From Lepidodermella squamata (lineage: Eukaryota; Animalia; Gastrotricha), in NCBI GenBank assembly GCA_047495785.1, contig JBLDXI010000003.1, positions 2,728,001-2,792,000 of the forward strand: a DNA stretch of 64,000 nucleotides, read 5' to 3'. A program made the position numbers and the translations under genes. Numbering within the stretch: position 1 is the stretch's first letter; every line of letters starts with the position of its first letter. Shown piece after piece: positions 25,511 through 37,136 of this stretch. Below the pieces are notes generated by a model. That model searched no databases, had not been told where the DNA came from, and saw only the letters and a program-made list of their open reading frames with translations.

Positions 25511-26229
25511 TTAGGCGGTACACCGGTAGAGAATACGATTGCCAACACTAGTAGTGTAGGTCAGCGTGGAGAGAGCCGGCGAAGCAGCACAGCACTCAGC
25601 GAATGATTCATAGCCTGGGGCCTGTAATATGGAATACAATTTTGAAAAATAATTTCAAATTTTGTAAATTTTACTCCAGTGGTAGATCGCCGGTCGTAGG
25701 AAACTTCGGGCATACTCATGCAATGCGCTGCTGTTGACGGAGTCGCGGCCATTCTCCGGTACAGGGCTGTCTTCGGCGTGCAGAAGCCTATGCCTAGAAA
25801 AAGCAAAGAGGCATAGTGGCCGTAGGCTGTGCTTGACGCGTCCGCTATCGAAGCGCAGCACGCGGTGAAAGTTGAGTACTTGCTCGAGCCGAAAACGAGG
25901 GAAGATATCGGTGACGTGCAATCGGGAAATGTAGTGCAGTATTTGTAAGCAACCGTATTGTCTGCATTGTTCAACTGACATACGGTATACTTTTTGGAAA
26001 ATTTAAGGAATTATTCGAAGCGAAAATCAGTGAAAAAATTCAAGCGAACCGTTGCGTCAGCCGGGGATGGGCTGGTAACACTGAGGCAGGACAAGCCTGT
26101 CGAACATGCGGATTGATTAGCCGGGCATGGCGCCGTTAAAGTCACGGATGTAGAAGATGGGCAGCTATAACTGGCATCAAATACGCTAACCATTAATATA
26201 ACAGCGTACAAAAAATTGGCGTTTTTCAT
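25511..26229 (-). CDS. Small secreted Cys-rich protein, paralog 1 (3 exons)
   Basis: Signal peptide MKNANFLYAVILMVSVFDASYS; ORFs 26011-26229 and 25561-25974 plus a last exon APGYESFAECC...RILYRCTA*. Confidence 0.7.
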
Positions 26230-26558
26230 CTTGAATGTGCGATGATGGAAAGTTGGCAGAACTGCGTGAGCTTTAATACCTAAAATTTCAGGATGTTATT
26301 GACCGGAGGTATTTTTTTTTATAGCCCTAATATTGAGTAAACTGTGAATTTTTCGCTACAGAGCCTCTGTTTTTTAGGCGCTATCTCCAACTCATTTTTT
26401 GACAACTTGTAGTATTTTTAGACATTTTCACGGCCACCTATGCGTCATACGTGACAGGCTAATAAAGTCGCGCTTTTGGTATAAAATACGAGAGCATATT
26501 AGTTTCATTTCATACTACTCATCGCCTGATTATTTGTTTTTTTTTTCTGCTGCTGAAA

Positions 26559-28461
26559 ATGACAAGTTGGTGCTTACTCAGACTGGCAGTTGCGGCTGCG
26601 CTATTATATACTTGTTGCCTTTGTTGCCCGTCCTCATCCTCATCCGCATCCGCGTCGTCAGGAACTTCGTCCGGGTCGTCGGCAATCACCACGCCATGCC
26701 CAACACCAGCGTCATGCGCATCCGGTCTCACCTGCCAAGATCCGACTAAATCGGTATAGTTTTAGCTATAGCGCACGGTTGATGGATAATTGGACGTAGT
26801 GCACAACCCATCAAAGTTAAATGAAAGCTTTTTCGAAAACCCTATACAGCGTGTCCCATAAGTTGCGCCATATTTTTTTAAATTTCGCAACCTTTTTTAG
26901 GTAATTCATCTAATTTTTTTATAATTGAAACTACCAGGAGAATCTTCTATCCTTTCCCCACGATTTTACGGAAAAATAAAAAAATTATCCGGAAGATCCC
27001 AATTGGCTCGGTAAAATTTCGGTATTTTACCCAGTTACAATAAATTTCCTCGGATTTTTTTAATCCCATTGCCAAGTAGAATATTTTATTGCTATTCTAT
27101 AGTTGCATTTTGAATTTTTCTAAGGATTTTTGGGCCATGAGATATAACTTCGCCTCTCATTTTAGAGTTTCCAGTGTATTTCGGTGTATTTCGGAGTGTT
27201 TTGCTTGTTTGCGTCACAGATGTGACACGCTGTATTTAAAAATTAAGTACAGGGTGACCAAAAAGTTCCGCAGAAGGCGAATTCGATGCGCATCAATTTA
27301 AAGTTGAAAGAATTTCAAGCATTCTTTTGCCAATGGAACTCCTCAATTTCTTGTAACTCTTCATTAAAATGATGCGCATCGAATTCGCCTTCTGCGGAAT
27401 TTCTTTAGCCTCCCTGTATAGGGTGACTACAACCTCAGGGTGTCTATAGGCATATTTCCGCGCTGAGAAATAGGAAATAGCATAAATTCGGTGAAAACGG
27501 ATACCAAATAACCTGTGTCTCGTAGGCTTGGTGATGAGTTAGGACCTGTTTTTTATGTGAGTGTCACCAAAATTCACTCAAGTGTCATCAAAATCGATTC
27601 TGCTCGAATTTTCACCCGGGACCTATAACCGAAGAAGCATTTTTCGGTAAATCTCACCACGCTGATTAACTTTTCCTTTGAGAGCGGCTCCCTAGCTATC
27701 ACCGTTCTCGAGATAACCGCTCAGGTGTGACGCCAGGTATGAGGTCACGTGACCAACTTGACACTGGATTTTCTCCGTAACCGGAAGTGATAAAAATATA
27801 GGGTTTTCGAATTTAAGCTCCCTCATTTTTTCTCTATCGGAATAGCGCTTTTCAATAGCAGGGAATTTTAATGGGCTTTTTATATATATATATAAGGTGC
27901 CAGTATGTTCGTACACGCTGAGCGGTAGCGTTACGACAGTTTATTGCTCTACGAGTGGACTGTGCGACGCTCCAGGTTCCAGCGTCTTCGGCACAACGCG
28001 TTACTCGGATGTCAGCGCGTGCTGCACTGCTCTCAGCAACGCTGGAGCGATCGGCTATACGTCAATTAGGCAGCTGCAACCGACCAACCGCACGATAGGT
28101 GTCTGTGGCTTCTCGCGACTGCTATTCCGCCGCGTTCCCGCATCTACCGGTGTTCCTGCTTATTGCCTCAGCTTGCCTGAAACCACTCTCGGAGCTTCGA
28201 TTTCAGGGGTATTTAACCAATTTCTTCGCTTATTTTTAATAAATATAAATTAAATATTTTTTTATTAAACTACTCAACTTTTCCCAACCTGCGACACATT
28301 TTTGATATAAATATTGTGTTGCAACTAATTTTCTAATTAAATTATTAATTTTGCAGGCTAACGGTTACGAATCTTTCGAGCTTTGCTGCGTCTCTTCATC
28401 CTTCGCAAAAGGATCTTTTCAAGAATACAACGGGCTGATTCTGATGAAATGCAGCGCTTAA
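26559..28461 (+). CDS. Small secreted Cys-rich protein, paralog 2 (3 exons: ~26559-26753, 27897-28208, 28357-28461)
   Basis: Signal peptide; Cys spacing and motifs (VFG..Y..(F/V)xACC, L.RR..A, C.S.PE, GYESF..CC, C.A*) align with paralog 1. Confidence 0.7.
26847..27232. mobile_element. MITE with TA duplication
   Basis: TA|CAGCGTGTCCCAT ... ATGTGACACGCTG|TA. Confidence 0.65.
27250..27416. mobile_element. Short palindromic MITE (Tc1/mariner-like CAGGG ends, TA duplication)
   Basis: TA|CAGGG...CCCTG|TA with a perfect 30-bp internal IR ttccgcagaaggcgaattcgatgcgcatca. Confidence 0.8.
27419..27860. repeat. Repeat family A, copy 2
   Basis: High similarity to 15294-15770. Confidence 0.8.
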
Positions 28462-28940
28462 ACAAAACTTGTTGGCTGATTTACCTTCCGCTTCATTCCG
28501 GTTGACAAACAAATAAAAACAAGCTTTTTTAAGTTTCTTTTAAATTCAGTTTTTTAAGTTTCTTTTTATTAAAATCGGAATAAAAATCCGAACTTCGAGA
28601 CTTTCATTTTATTATTATCCATTTTTAAATAATTTTAAAAATTTAAATAATTCCAGGATCGATATCGACTTATTTCACGGGCGATCAGGACGGTCGGGAC
28701 GATCCCAGTGGCGCGGGCCACGTGGGTCAGCACGGGGGTCACGCGAGTCAGTCCATTATTTCTGATATTGACTCGTGAATATGATTAAACGGCTATGATA
28801 TGTAAGATCAAATACAAGGCACTGACTTCCATATAATAAATTTATTTTCCGATTTCGCGAGGTATATCAAATTTATCATGCCAAATTTAATTTATTTCAT
28901 CACATGGCTCAGTTTGACACATTCCAGCGGTATCGGTTTT

Positions 28941-29925
28941 TCAGGGGCGTGGGTCTCGTGGGTCTCGAGGATCGCGCGGGGCACGCGGATCACGCGGATC
29001 AGCACGAGGGTCACGCGGGTCAGCACGAGGGTCACGCGGATCAGCCGGGCCTTGCTGGTTGAAGATCGACATCCAGTCGGGCTGGCCCTGAGGCGTCTGC
29101 GGGAAGATGACAGTGGGCATACCCGGGCGAGGTTCGTTGATAGCAATACCAGGAGCAACCCGTGCGCCAGGGAAGCTCGGGAAAATTTGGCGAGGGTCTT
29201 GAGGAGCACCCGGAGGGTCACGAGGAGCAACCGGCAGAGTGGCGCCACCCCATGGCAGATTCGGCTGAGCACCATTTTGCCAGCCTTGACCAATGTGGAC
29301 TACACCAGGCTGGTTCCAAGTGTGAGGCTGTTGGCCACTGAACGGAGCATTCGGTTGCCAGCCGGATGGTTGAGCGGGTACAGCGGGCTTCGACGGGTGA
29401 GTCCAGGCGCCACCGGGCTGCTGACCCCAAGGACCATTCCAGCTGGGAGTCGATGGCACCTTGCTGACAGGTTTGCGGTTGAACTTCTTGTGCTTCTTGT
29501 GGCGCTTTTCCGGCGACCACGATCGCGAGAAGGAGCTGCGCGACGAGCGAGACCAGCTTCGGCTTCGGCTGCGGCTGCGGCTCTCGCTCTCGCTGCTGCT
29601 GCGCTTGCGCTTGTGGTGGCGCCTGCGCTTCGGGTGACGCGACTTCTTGTGGTGGAACTTCGGGGCGCCGTGGCGAAGGGTAGGTTTGCGAATACGAAGG
29701 TCGGGCAGGCTGACACTGTTCGACCCAGAGCCAGACTCGAAGCCGCGGAAACCAGCCATTGCAGTGCCTGTAAACGATATTCGATATTAAATGATTGGGA
29801 AATAAGTATATAATATCGGAAAAAATCAAAAAATAGGGTTTTTAATTTTGAAAAATTACGTAGCCGTTAGTGGAAGCCTTACCAATGGCCAAAAACACAA
29901 TGGCGAGTACGAGAGAGAATCGCAT
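28941..29925 (-). CDS. Secreted basic (H/K/R/S) - W/P/Q/G - (A)DPR-repeat protein, copy A (exons 29925-29883, 29767-28941)
   Basis: 43-nt signal exon MRFSLVLAIVFLAI, phase-1 intron, 272-aa ORF ending in DPR repeats. Confidence 0.85.
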
Positions 29926-30249
29926 TTTTTCGATTATAGAGATAGAAGAAAAGGAGGCTGCTGATGAGATGATTATCAATTTTAACCCCAAATAGAGCCT
30001 TATAAAGGCTTGCGGCCCATCATTAAAGAGCCGTTTTTAGAATTCTAATGACGTTTAAGTTACATACAATCTGTTCGTTTTTACCGGGACAATTTTGAAT
30101 GCGCCAAAATTCGAATAAATTTTGATAAAACTAAAATTTTATTTTGACTTTTCACTCATTATTTCAAGTGATGTAAAACTGAACCTATATTATATCCATT
30201 AAAGCGCAATGGAAGCTTTTTCTAGCACTCCATTAATAAAAAAATTCAC

Positions 30250-30685
30250 CAGGGTGACTAAAACCCACAGGGTTTCTAAATGGTATATAAGTATTCGCGC
30301 TAGGAGGTCATATAAATTCAGTGAAAACGGTTATAAAACCAGCGTCTCGCGGGCTTGATGATGAGCTGGGACACTTTTTTATGGGTCTTACTTTTTAGGC
30401 GAAACCAAATTTTGGAATTTTCAATCTTTGAGCTTATTTCTATCAGGCTGGAAGCGGTCATCAGACTGAATGATGAACTTTTTCTAAAGCCGGCTCCATA
30501 GCGATTCCAGCTCTTGAGGTAATCGCTCAGGTGGGACATCAGGTATGAGGTCACGTGACCAACTTGACACTGGATTTTCTCCGTATAACCGCAAATGATA
30601 AAAATATGGGATTTTCGAATTCTTGATCCACGATTGTTCCTCTATCGAAAATCGAAGGAAAGAAAAATATAAGATTCACTCAAAA
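30250..30685. repeat. Repeat family A, diverged copy 3
   Basis: agggtgact start and shared gaggtcacgtgaccaacttgacactggattttctcc block. Confidence 0.7.
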
Positions 30686-30804
30686 AACAACGCTTTAATG
30701 TTTACTGGCTTTCAACTATGAATTGAAGAATAAAATAATTAAGAAATATTTGTGTCATTTAGCGGCTTTTTGAAAGCCGAGTTCTTGCTGTCTCCGATCT
30801 TGAT

Positions 30805-31445
30805 TTAGAACGAGAAATCATCGAATTGCGGGTTCCAAGTTATGCCGCATTTAGCCTTATCGTTACACTCGTCATGGCAGCATTGACAGGCCATCGATAA
30901 TAGCGACGACTCTTGCTGGGCATAGCTCAGCGATTCAGTACATTCTCGCCGACCTCGCGGTACTATAGTACCATCATCATCTTGCTCATTTGCATCGGAA
31001 AATCTACGCCGTCTCCCGACTAGAAAAGTCACCCATTCACGCGTTGTTGTCGGTAATATCGTTGTAGTTGTTGTAGAGACATTCCTCGATGGTGAAGTTG
31101 GAATTTCTTCATCATCATTGTCATCTTCATCGCCGAAAATTCGTTCTGATTTTCTGTGGCATTTGTATTCGTTGAGAACCAGAGACAGGACGCCCCGGTT
31201 CAGAAACACCTTGGTTCTCTGTATAATAATTTGAATAATCATCATTTGAATTTCTTTTATTAAGGAGGAATTTGTTGTCTCACCGAGCAATATTCACACC
31301 CTGAAACCAGTATGGCATCTCTAGGTTTCCGAGGAGCTTCAGCCACGGCGGAGAACATTCCAGTTCTTGTCCCGTTCCAACATGATATCCCAATGACCGT
31401 TTTGCAAACAATCGAGAACAACACAAATAGGGTAACGAAAAACAT
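30805..31445 (-). CDS. Secreted Ly6/three-finger-like protein with a large acidic/Thr-rich insert (intron ~31221-31283)
   Basis: Signal MFFVTLFVLFSIVCKTVIG, ISCW...CEYC, C-terminal CQCCHDECN; phase-0 GT..AG joins ORFs 31260-31463 and 30805-31290. Confidence 0.55.
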
Positions 31446-31721
31446 TTTTGAAGAAAAAAACAAAGAATCCTGAATATTGCAGTTCTACACCTGTTTCTGG
31501 TTCCAGCTCCCTATTGTTTGTTTTTGTCAACAATGAGAACCTTTGAGGTGTGATGCTAAAAACAATGGAAATCCTTACTTGATATCGCCATTAAAACATT
31601 CATTTTTTTTAATTATCTCGAGAAATGATTCAACCAGTGTAAAATGTAGTGGACTTTGTATTAATTTGGGAAATATGGATGGCAAATTTTCAAATATCAT
31701 TATTTTTGACATTTAAGAAGT

Positions 31722-32262
31722 AGAGCATCCCGCACTAAATTCGGCCACTTTTCAGATTTTTCCTACTTTGCCAGCCAGATGAATTTTTAGAAAATATTCA
31801 GCAAATACAGAATTGTAGAGGATTTCTTGGGCTATCGAATGCCGGTTTCCGCGAGTCCGGGCAATTTTACCTTGATTTATGGCTAATTTTGAAGGCACCT
31901 AGACTCCTGGCCGGAACTAGGGACCCGGTGCCCTAATTTCGGCCACCTCATCCAGTTACGCTAATACCTTAACTTTGATACCGTTAAATTCGTCTCGACA
32001 AGCTGGGAGCTTTACCTTGACGACGTGATGCCTGAAACTCTGATGTTTATGGCAACAAAGCAATCGAGAAGCCACATGACCCCCTAAATAGAATTATTTT
32101 CTGCGATCACGTGCTTGAAAATTCATGAAAACAGATTGGCTCAACAAAATGCAAACTTCCTGAGTTGCGTGCAAAAATAACTGCTGTTCAGCACTTAGCG
32201 TTCAAATTTCGGCCGGTAGCCGAAGTTAGGTCGCAGCAGCCGAATTTAGGGTTTCCTGCTCT
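31722..32262. mobile_element. Probable MITE
   Basis: Imperfect terminal IR agagca..ctaaattcggc / gccgaatttag..tgctct and internal ggccga/tcggcc motifs. Confidence 0.45.
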
Positions 32263-32547
32263 GGATATGCTAAAATTTCAAAACGTTGAACTCTAAAATT
32301 TGAGTAATCATAATTTTTCAAAAGATGATAGGCAAAATCCGGGACAATGAATTTTAATAGCACACATAATTGGGCCAAAAATGGAAATGGTTACTAATTG
32401 AACAATCTCAATTTAAACTGAATCGTCATGAAAATTCTGCGTGAAGCTCGTTAATGATGGAGGACAGGGTTTATAAGGCACGATGTTTGGCTCATCAAAT
32501 CATCATCGGCAGCTTTTCCTCATTTCTTATCTATTCAATCAACAAAA

Positions 32548-33564
32548 ATGCGATTCTCTCTCGTACTCGCCATGGTGTTTTTGGCCATTGGTAAGGCATC
32601 TACTAACGGCTACAAGCCATGTAATTTTGCAAAATTGAAAATCTAATTTATTTAAATTTTCCGAAATTATTTCCTTATTTCCAAATAATTTAATTTGTGT
32701 TGAATTGTGTTTACAGGCACTGCATCGGCTGGTTTCCGCGGCTTCGAGTCTGGCTCTGGATCGAACAGCGTCAGCCTGCCCGAATTCCGCATGCGCAAGC
32801 CGAACCTTCGCCACGGCGCCCCGAAGTTCCACCACAAGAAGTCGCGTCACACGAAGCGCAGGCGCCACCACAAGCGCAAGCGCAGCAGCAGCGAGAGCGA
32901 GAGCCGCAGCCGCAGCCGAAGCCGCAGCTGGTCTCGCTCGTCGCGCAGCTCCTTCTCGCGATCGTGGTCGCCGGAAAAGCGCCACAAGAAGCACAAAAAG
33001 TTCAACCGCAAAACAGTCAACAAGGTGCACCCGACACCCACCTGGAACGGTCCTTGGGGCCAGCAGCCCGGCGGCGCCTGGACTCACCCGTCGAAGCCCG
33101 CCGTGCCCGCTCAACCATCCGGCTGGCACCCGAATGCCCCGTTTTCTGGCCAACAGCCTCAAACTTGGAACCAGCCTGGTGTAGTCCACATTGGTCAAGG
33201 CTGGCAAAATGGAGCTCAGCCGAATCTGCCATGGGGTGGCGCCAGTCTGCCGGTGGCTCCTCACACTCCGGGTGCTTCTCAAGACCCTCGCCAAACTTTC
33301 CCGAGCTTCCCGAGCTTCCCCGGCGCACCTGTTGCTCCTGGTGCCAACGATCCCCGCCCGAATATGCCGACTGTAATCTTTCCGCAGACTCCAGGCGGCC
33401 AGCCTGACTGGATGTCGATCTTCAACCAGCAAGGCCCAGCTGACCCGCGTGACCCCCGTGCTGATCCGCGTGACCCTCGTGCTGACCCGCGTGACCCTCG
33501 TGCTGATCCGCGTGATCCGCGTGCCCCGCGCGATCCTCGAGATCCACGAGACCCACGTCCCTGA
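32548..33564 (+). CDS. Secreted basic - W/P/Q/G - (A)DPR-repeat protein, copy B (exons 32548-32590, 32717-33564); inverted duplicate of copy A
   Basis: MRFSLVLAMVFLAIG/TASAGFRG...; highly similar to copy A including ~180 bp of 3' flank. Confidence 0.85.
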
Positions 33565-34200
33565 AAAACCGATGCTGCTGGAATGAGTCAAACTGAGCCA
33601 AGTGATGAAATAAATTAAATTTGACATGATAAATTTGATATACCTCGCGAAATCGGAAAATAAATTTATTATATGGAAGTCAGTGCCTTGTATTTGATCT
33701 TATATTTATCAAAACTGTTCAATCATATTCACGAGTCAATATCAGAAGTCAGGGAAGCTTTCAAAATTTGTGAAAACTATTCAGTTTGTCTCTGAGAATG
33801 AAGAATCAGAGAAAGTGGGTCACGCCTAAACAAACTCTTATTGTTGCAGCATTTGTTCCTACAATTTCACAGCAGCGACAGAGAGAAATTCTTGGTGAAA
33901 AGCTTTCGTATTTAGGTTCCGGAGAATCGTAACTTCTCACAATATCAAGGCCTAAATTATTGATTGGCTGAGAATTGATGTCAAAATTAAAATCGAATCC
34001 GAAAAAATTGAGGTTGTAGCGTGGGAACCATTGAATTTTTGTGTCAAAAAACGCAAAAAAAAACGAAAGATAAGGTTTAAGGCGACTTTTCCGTCCGGTG
34101 ATTCATTCAACTTCCAAAAGGCCTTCCCACAAACTCGTTTCTTTTTTTTTCTCATGCGTATGCGAGTAAACACATACACATACAGCAAAAAGCATACAGC

Positions 34201-35300
34201 CCCCGTTCACAAACTGATTTCTTTTCTCCTTGTGATTTTTTTTCTGGCAGAAGAGGTCACTGAAAAAAGGGATGGCGGCACGTCGAATCGAACCCTTGTC
34301 GACTTCGCACTCATCGATAATTATATCGACATGGCTAAGCCGTCAAGCTTAATTTGTGACCTATAAATTAGGCTTTAAGGCAAAAAATTCATTGATGAAA
34401 ACGTCAACAAACAAGTCGAAGATTAATGATTCATGCCCGCACTTGACCCAGAAAACGCGGATAGCTTTTATAATAATATCTCTCCGTTGAGCATTTTTGC
34501 TCAATTGCACAACTTGTGCTTAAAGTGCTCAATCCGTGCTCAATCCGTGCTCAATCTGTGCTCAATCTGTGCACAATCTGTGCTTAAAGGTTGCTCAACG
34601 AGATTCCAACTGCTCAACGTCCTGCACAACATTATGTCTGACCAGCATAAAGCACCCAAACATTGTAAAAAACTGCGGCAACATTTAATTTTAATTTTTC
34701 ATAAAAACTCTAATTTGAAAATAAAGTTTGATCTTTATTAAAATGCATTTTTATTGCGAATTTTGAGTGAGAAGCCAAGCTAAAAATTTAGACGCTGTGG
34801 ATAGGGTAAAAAATCAAATTTTCGATGAGCTGAAAACAATTTCTAGTTTGTAAATTATCATTGGGTGCTCAATGGGGTGCTCAACAGGTGCTTAACGAGT
34901 GCTTTACGAGTGCCCAACGAGTGCTTGATGGCTGCTTGAAGAAGCTCAATGTGCTCAATGAGAATGCTCAATTCGCGCTCAACGTGCTCAACGTTGCTGA
35001 ATGAGGTGCTTAATCGCGCTCAACGAAATGCTTAACAATGCTCAACGGAATCAAGCATTCCACCAAACCGGTGCTTAATGCGTGCTCAACGGAGAGATAA
35101 TAGATATTAGCAACCAATAATTTGGCTTTTCATAGCGACAGATAAATATGATGGCAACATAGTGCAGCTGCTATCATACCGGCCTGTCCATCGGGCGGAT
35201 GGGGTTCGAGCCTCATCGAAGTTGGTCATTTTTTTCAGCGGCCTCTTCGGCCAGAAAAAAAATCACATACAGGGAGAAAAGAAATCAGTTTGTGAACGGG
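34201..35300. mobile_element. Fold-back element (arms ~34201-34268 / ~35229-35300) containing a nested MITE 34477-35099 rich in TGCTCAA repeats
   Basis: Outer IR cccgttcacaaactgatttcttttctcc / ggagaaaagaaatcagtttgtgaacggg; inner perfect 17-bp TIR tatctctccgttgagca / tgctcaacggagagata. Confidence 0.75.
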
Positions 35301-35716
35301 TCTGTATGCGATTTTTTTTCGCCAACACATACGACCCCGGCAAAAAACTTATTACAAATCACATACACATTTTTTCATATGAGTTTGTGCGCAGACCTAA
35401 ACATTTTCAATCTATTTCAAACCAAAAAAGCAACCGTCACCTTTCTAACCATTATTTCCTTTGCTCAAGGCTTCCGATATCGAGAAAATCACTGATTAGT
35501 ATAATCGATATTTAAAATCGATAATCGATATTGACGTTTGGTCTGCAGGTTAACTGGTCACATAACATTAATAATAATTATGGAAAAAAATCGGTCAATT
35601 GCGAAGCTCATTAGCACTACTTAATTCTAGTTGCGCAACGGCCCGCGCCATGCAATGCAGCTGAAAAAAACAGCGAATGATGAGCGGTTTTTGAAAAATT
35701 TATTCTTAATGAGAAA

Positions 35717-36795
35717 ATGGCAATTTTTCGCCTAGCATTACTGTCCTTAGCCATCGTAATTTTGGCAAATTTGCCAGAATCTTCGGCCGAATGCAGTGCT
35801 TATCAGCCGGCTACAAGCGGCTCTTGGAGCTACATCGACTACGTCGCGCCACTCAACCACGTCGATAACGCTTGGCAGCACCACCAAAGAATCCACGAAT
35901 GGAACGAACATCGGCGGAATTTGCGCGAAAATCGGAAAAACAAACCTCGCCATCCCCGGCGCCGTCCTCGCCAATCTCGGGGAATTTCAAATTTGAGCCG
36001 CAAGAGGAAAATAGCGACAAAACGGCAACGTCGTTTCTCGTCTGTTTCGAAGCCGAAAATTATCGAAGCTCAACATCGAAGCTCTCAATCAGGCAATCGC
36101 CAGCGTAAAATCTCGAAGAAAGTTCGCCGCCAAGCTAAGATTTCGAGCAATTCAGGATTCAATGCGGAAAAATCGGGTCGAAAAAATCGCCAACGTAGGG
36201 AAAAGCCGGCTTCGAAATCGGTGGAAAAACGGATTACGCCACTTCGAAAAAAGCGAAATCATCGCCATTTCTCCCGATCGCATTCTTCGAATATGGTTAA
36301 TCATTTCCGGAAAAAGAAATCGGCATCGAAAAGTCGTGATTGGAAGCGCAAAAAGCAGCGCCGAACTAGCTCCAAACTGGAACCTTTTGTCGATAACGTG
36401 AGTTTTTCGAATCTAATTTCCGAATTTAATTTCCGAATTTTTCTTAGCTGCCAAGTGGTTTCATTAAGCTGCCAGAACATGGTTCTAATAGCAATCAGCA
36501 ACGTGGGAATGGCCATCATGTCAAGATAAATTCAGATGAGCGTTCGCCGTTCAAAGTTGAGTATTTTTCATCTATTAAAGACTTTGAAAATCGACACAGC
36601 GATGCGAATGATTTCGACGCACCAATTGACACCGGTTATCAGCGAAACGACTTCGACTCTCATCCGATAAGAGTCGACGACGGCTATAGCCATCGCGAAA
36701 CATCGATCACGGAGCATCGAAAAGTTGAAGGACCAGGTTGGATTCCGTTTATCGGCTGGTTAAATCTTGGTAATTGGAACAGGCAAAGCCATTAA
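35717..36795 (+). CDS. Secreted Arg/Lys/Ser-rich protein with acidic C-terminal part (intron 36399-36447)
   Basis: Signal MAIFRLALLSLAIVILANLPESSA; very basic middle; splice AAC|GTGAGT..TTAG|CTG continues in frame to WIPFIGWLNLGNWNRQSH*. Confidence 0.75.
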
Positions 36796-37136
36796 TTAAT
36801 GAAACCGTGATCTTGACCTTTGTCGAATTATATTTAATCAATTACAAAGTTAAAGTTTAAGAAAATTACAAATAAAACTTTATTTTGGTCTTTTTGTAAT
36901 TTTGGTAATTTTCGGTATTTTATTAGAATAAATCAGAATTTTTTGAAAAAAATAGGTCAGCCGTATTTCAGGGACATGAGGTTTACCGATGTCCTTAAAT
37001 TAGGACAAAGCTTCATCAAATTGTTGCGATTTTTTCTTCGCACTGTTACGCAATCAGACCGCGCATCAACCGTTTTTTCGAGTAAATCCACGAAAAATAA
37101 CCCACTCAGTCGGAAATTTTTCTTCATGTTTTTATC

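Noticed and set aside
28878-33627. 311-aa and 362-aa ORFs antisense to the DPR genes
   Set aside because: Mirror frames of repetitive GC-rich coding sequence; the opposite strand has the signal exon and splice sites.
34495-35095. Regularly recurring TGCTCAA units suggestive of a CRISPR-like array
   Set aside because: Units are 7-10 bp, irregular and enclosed by TIRs; eukaryotic context with no cas genes. They are subterminal MITE repeats.
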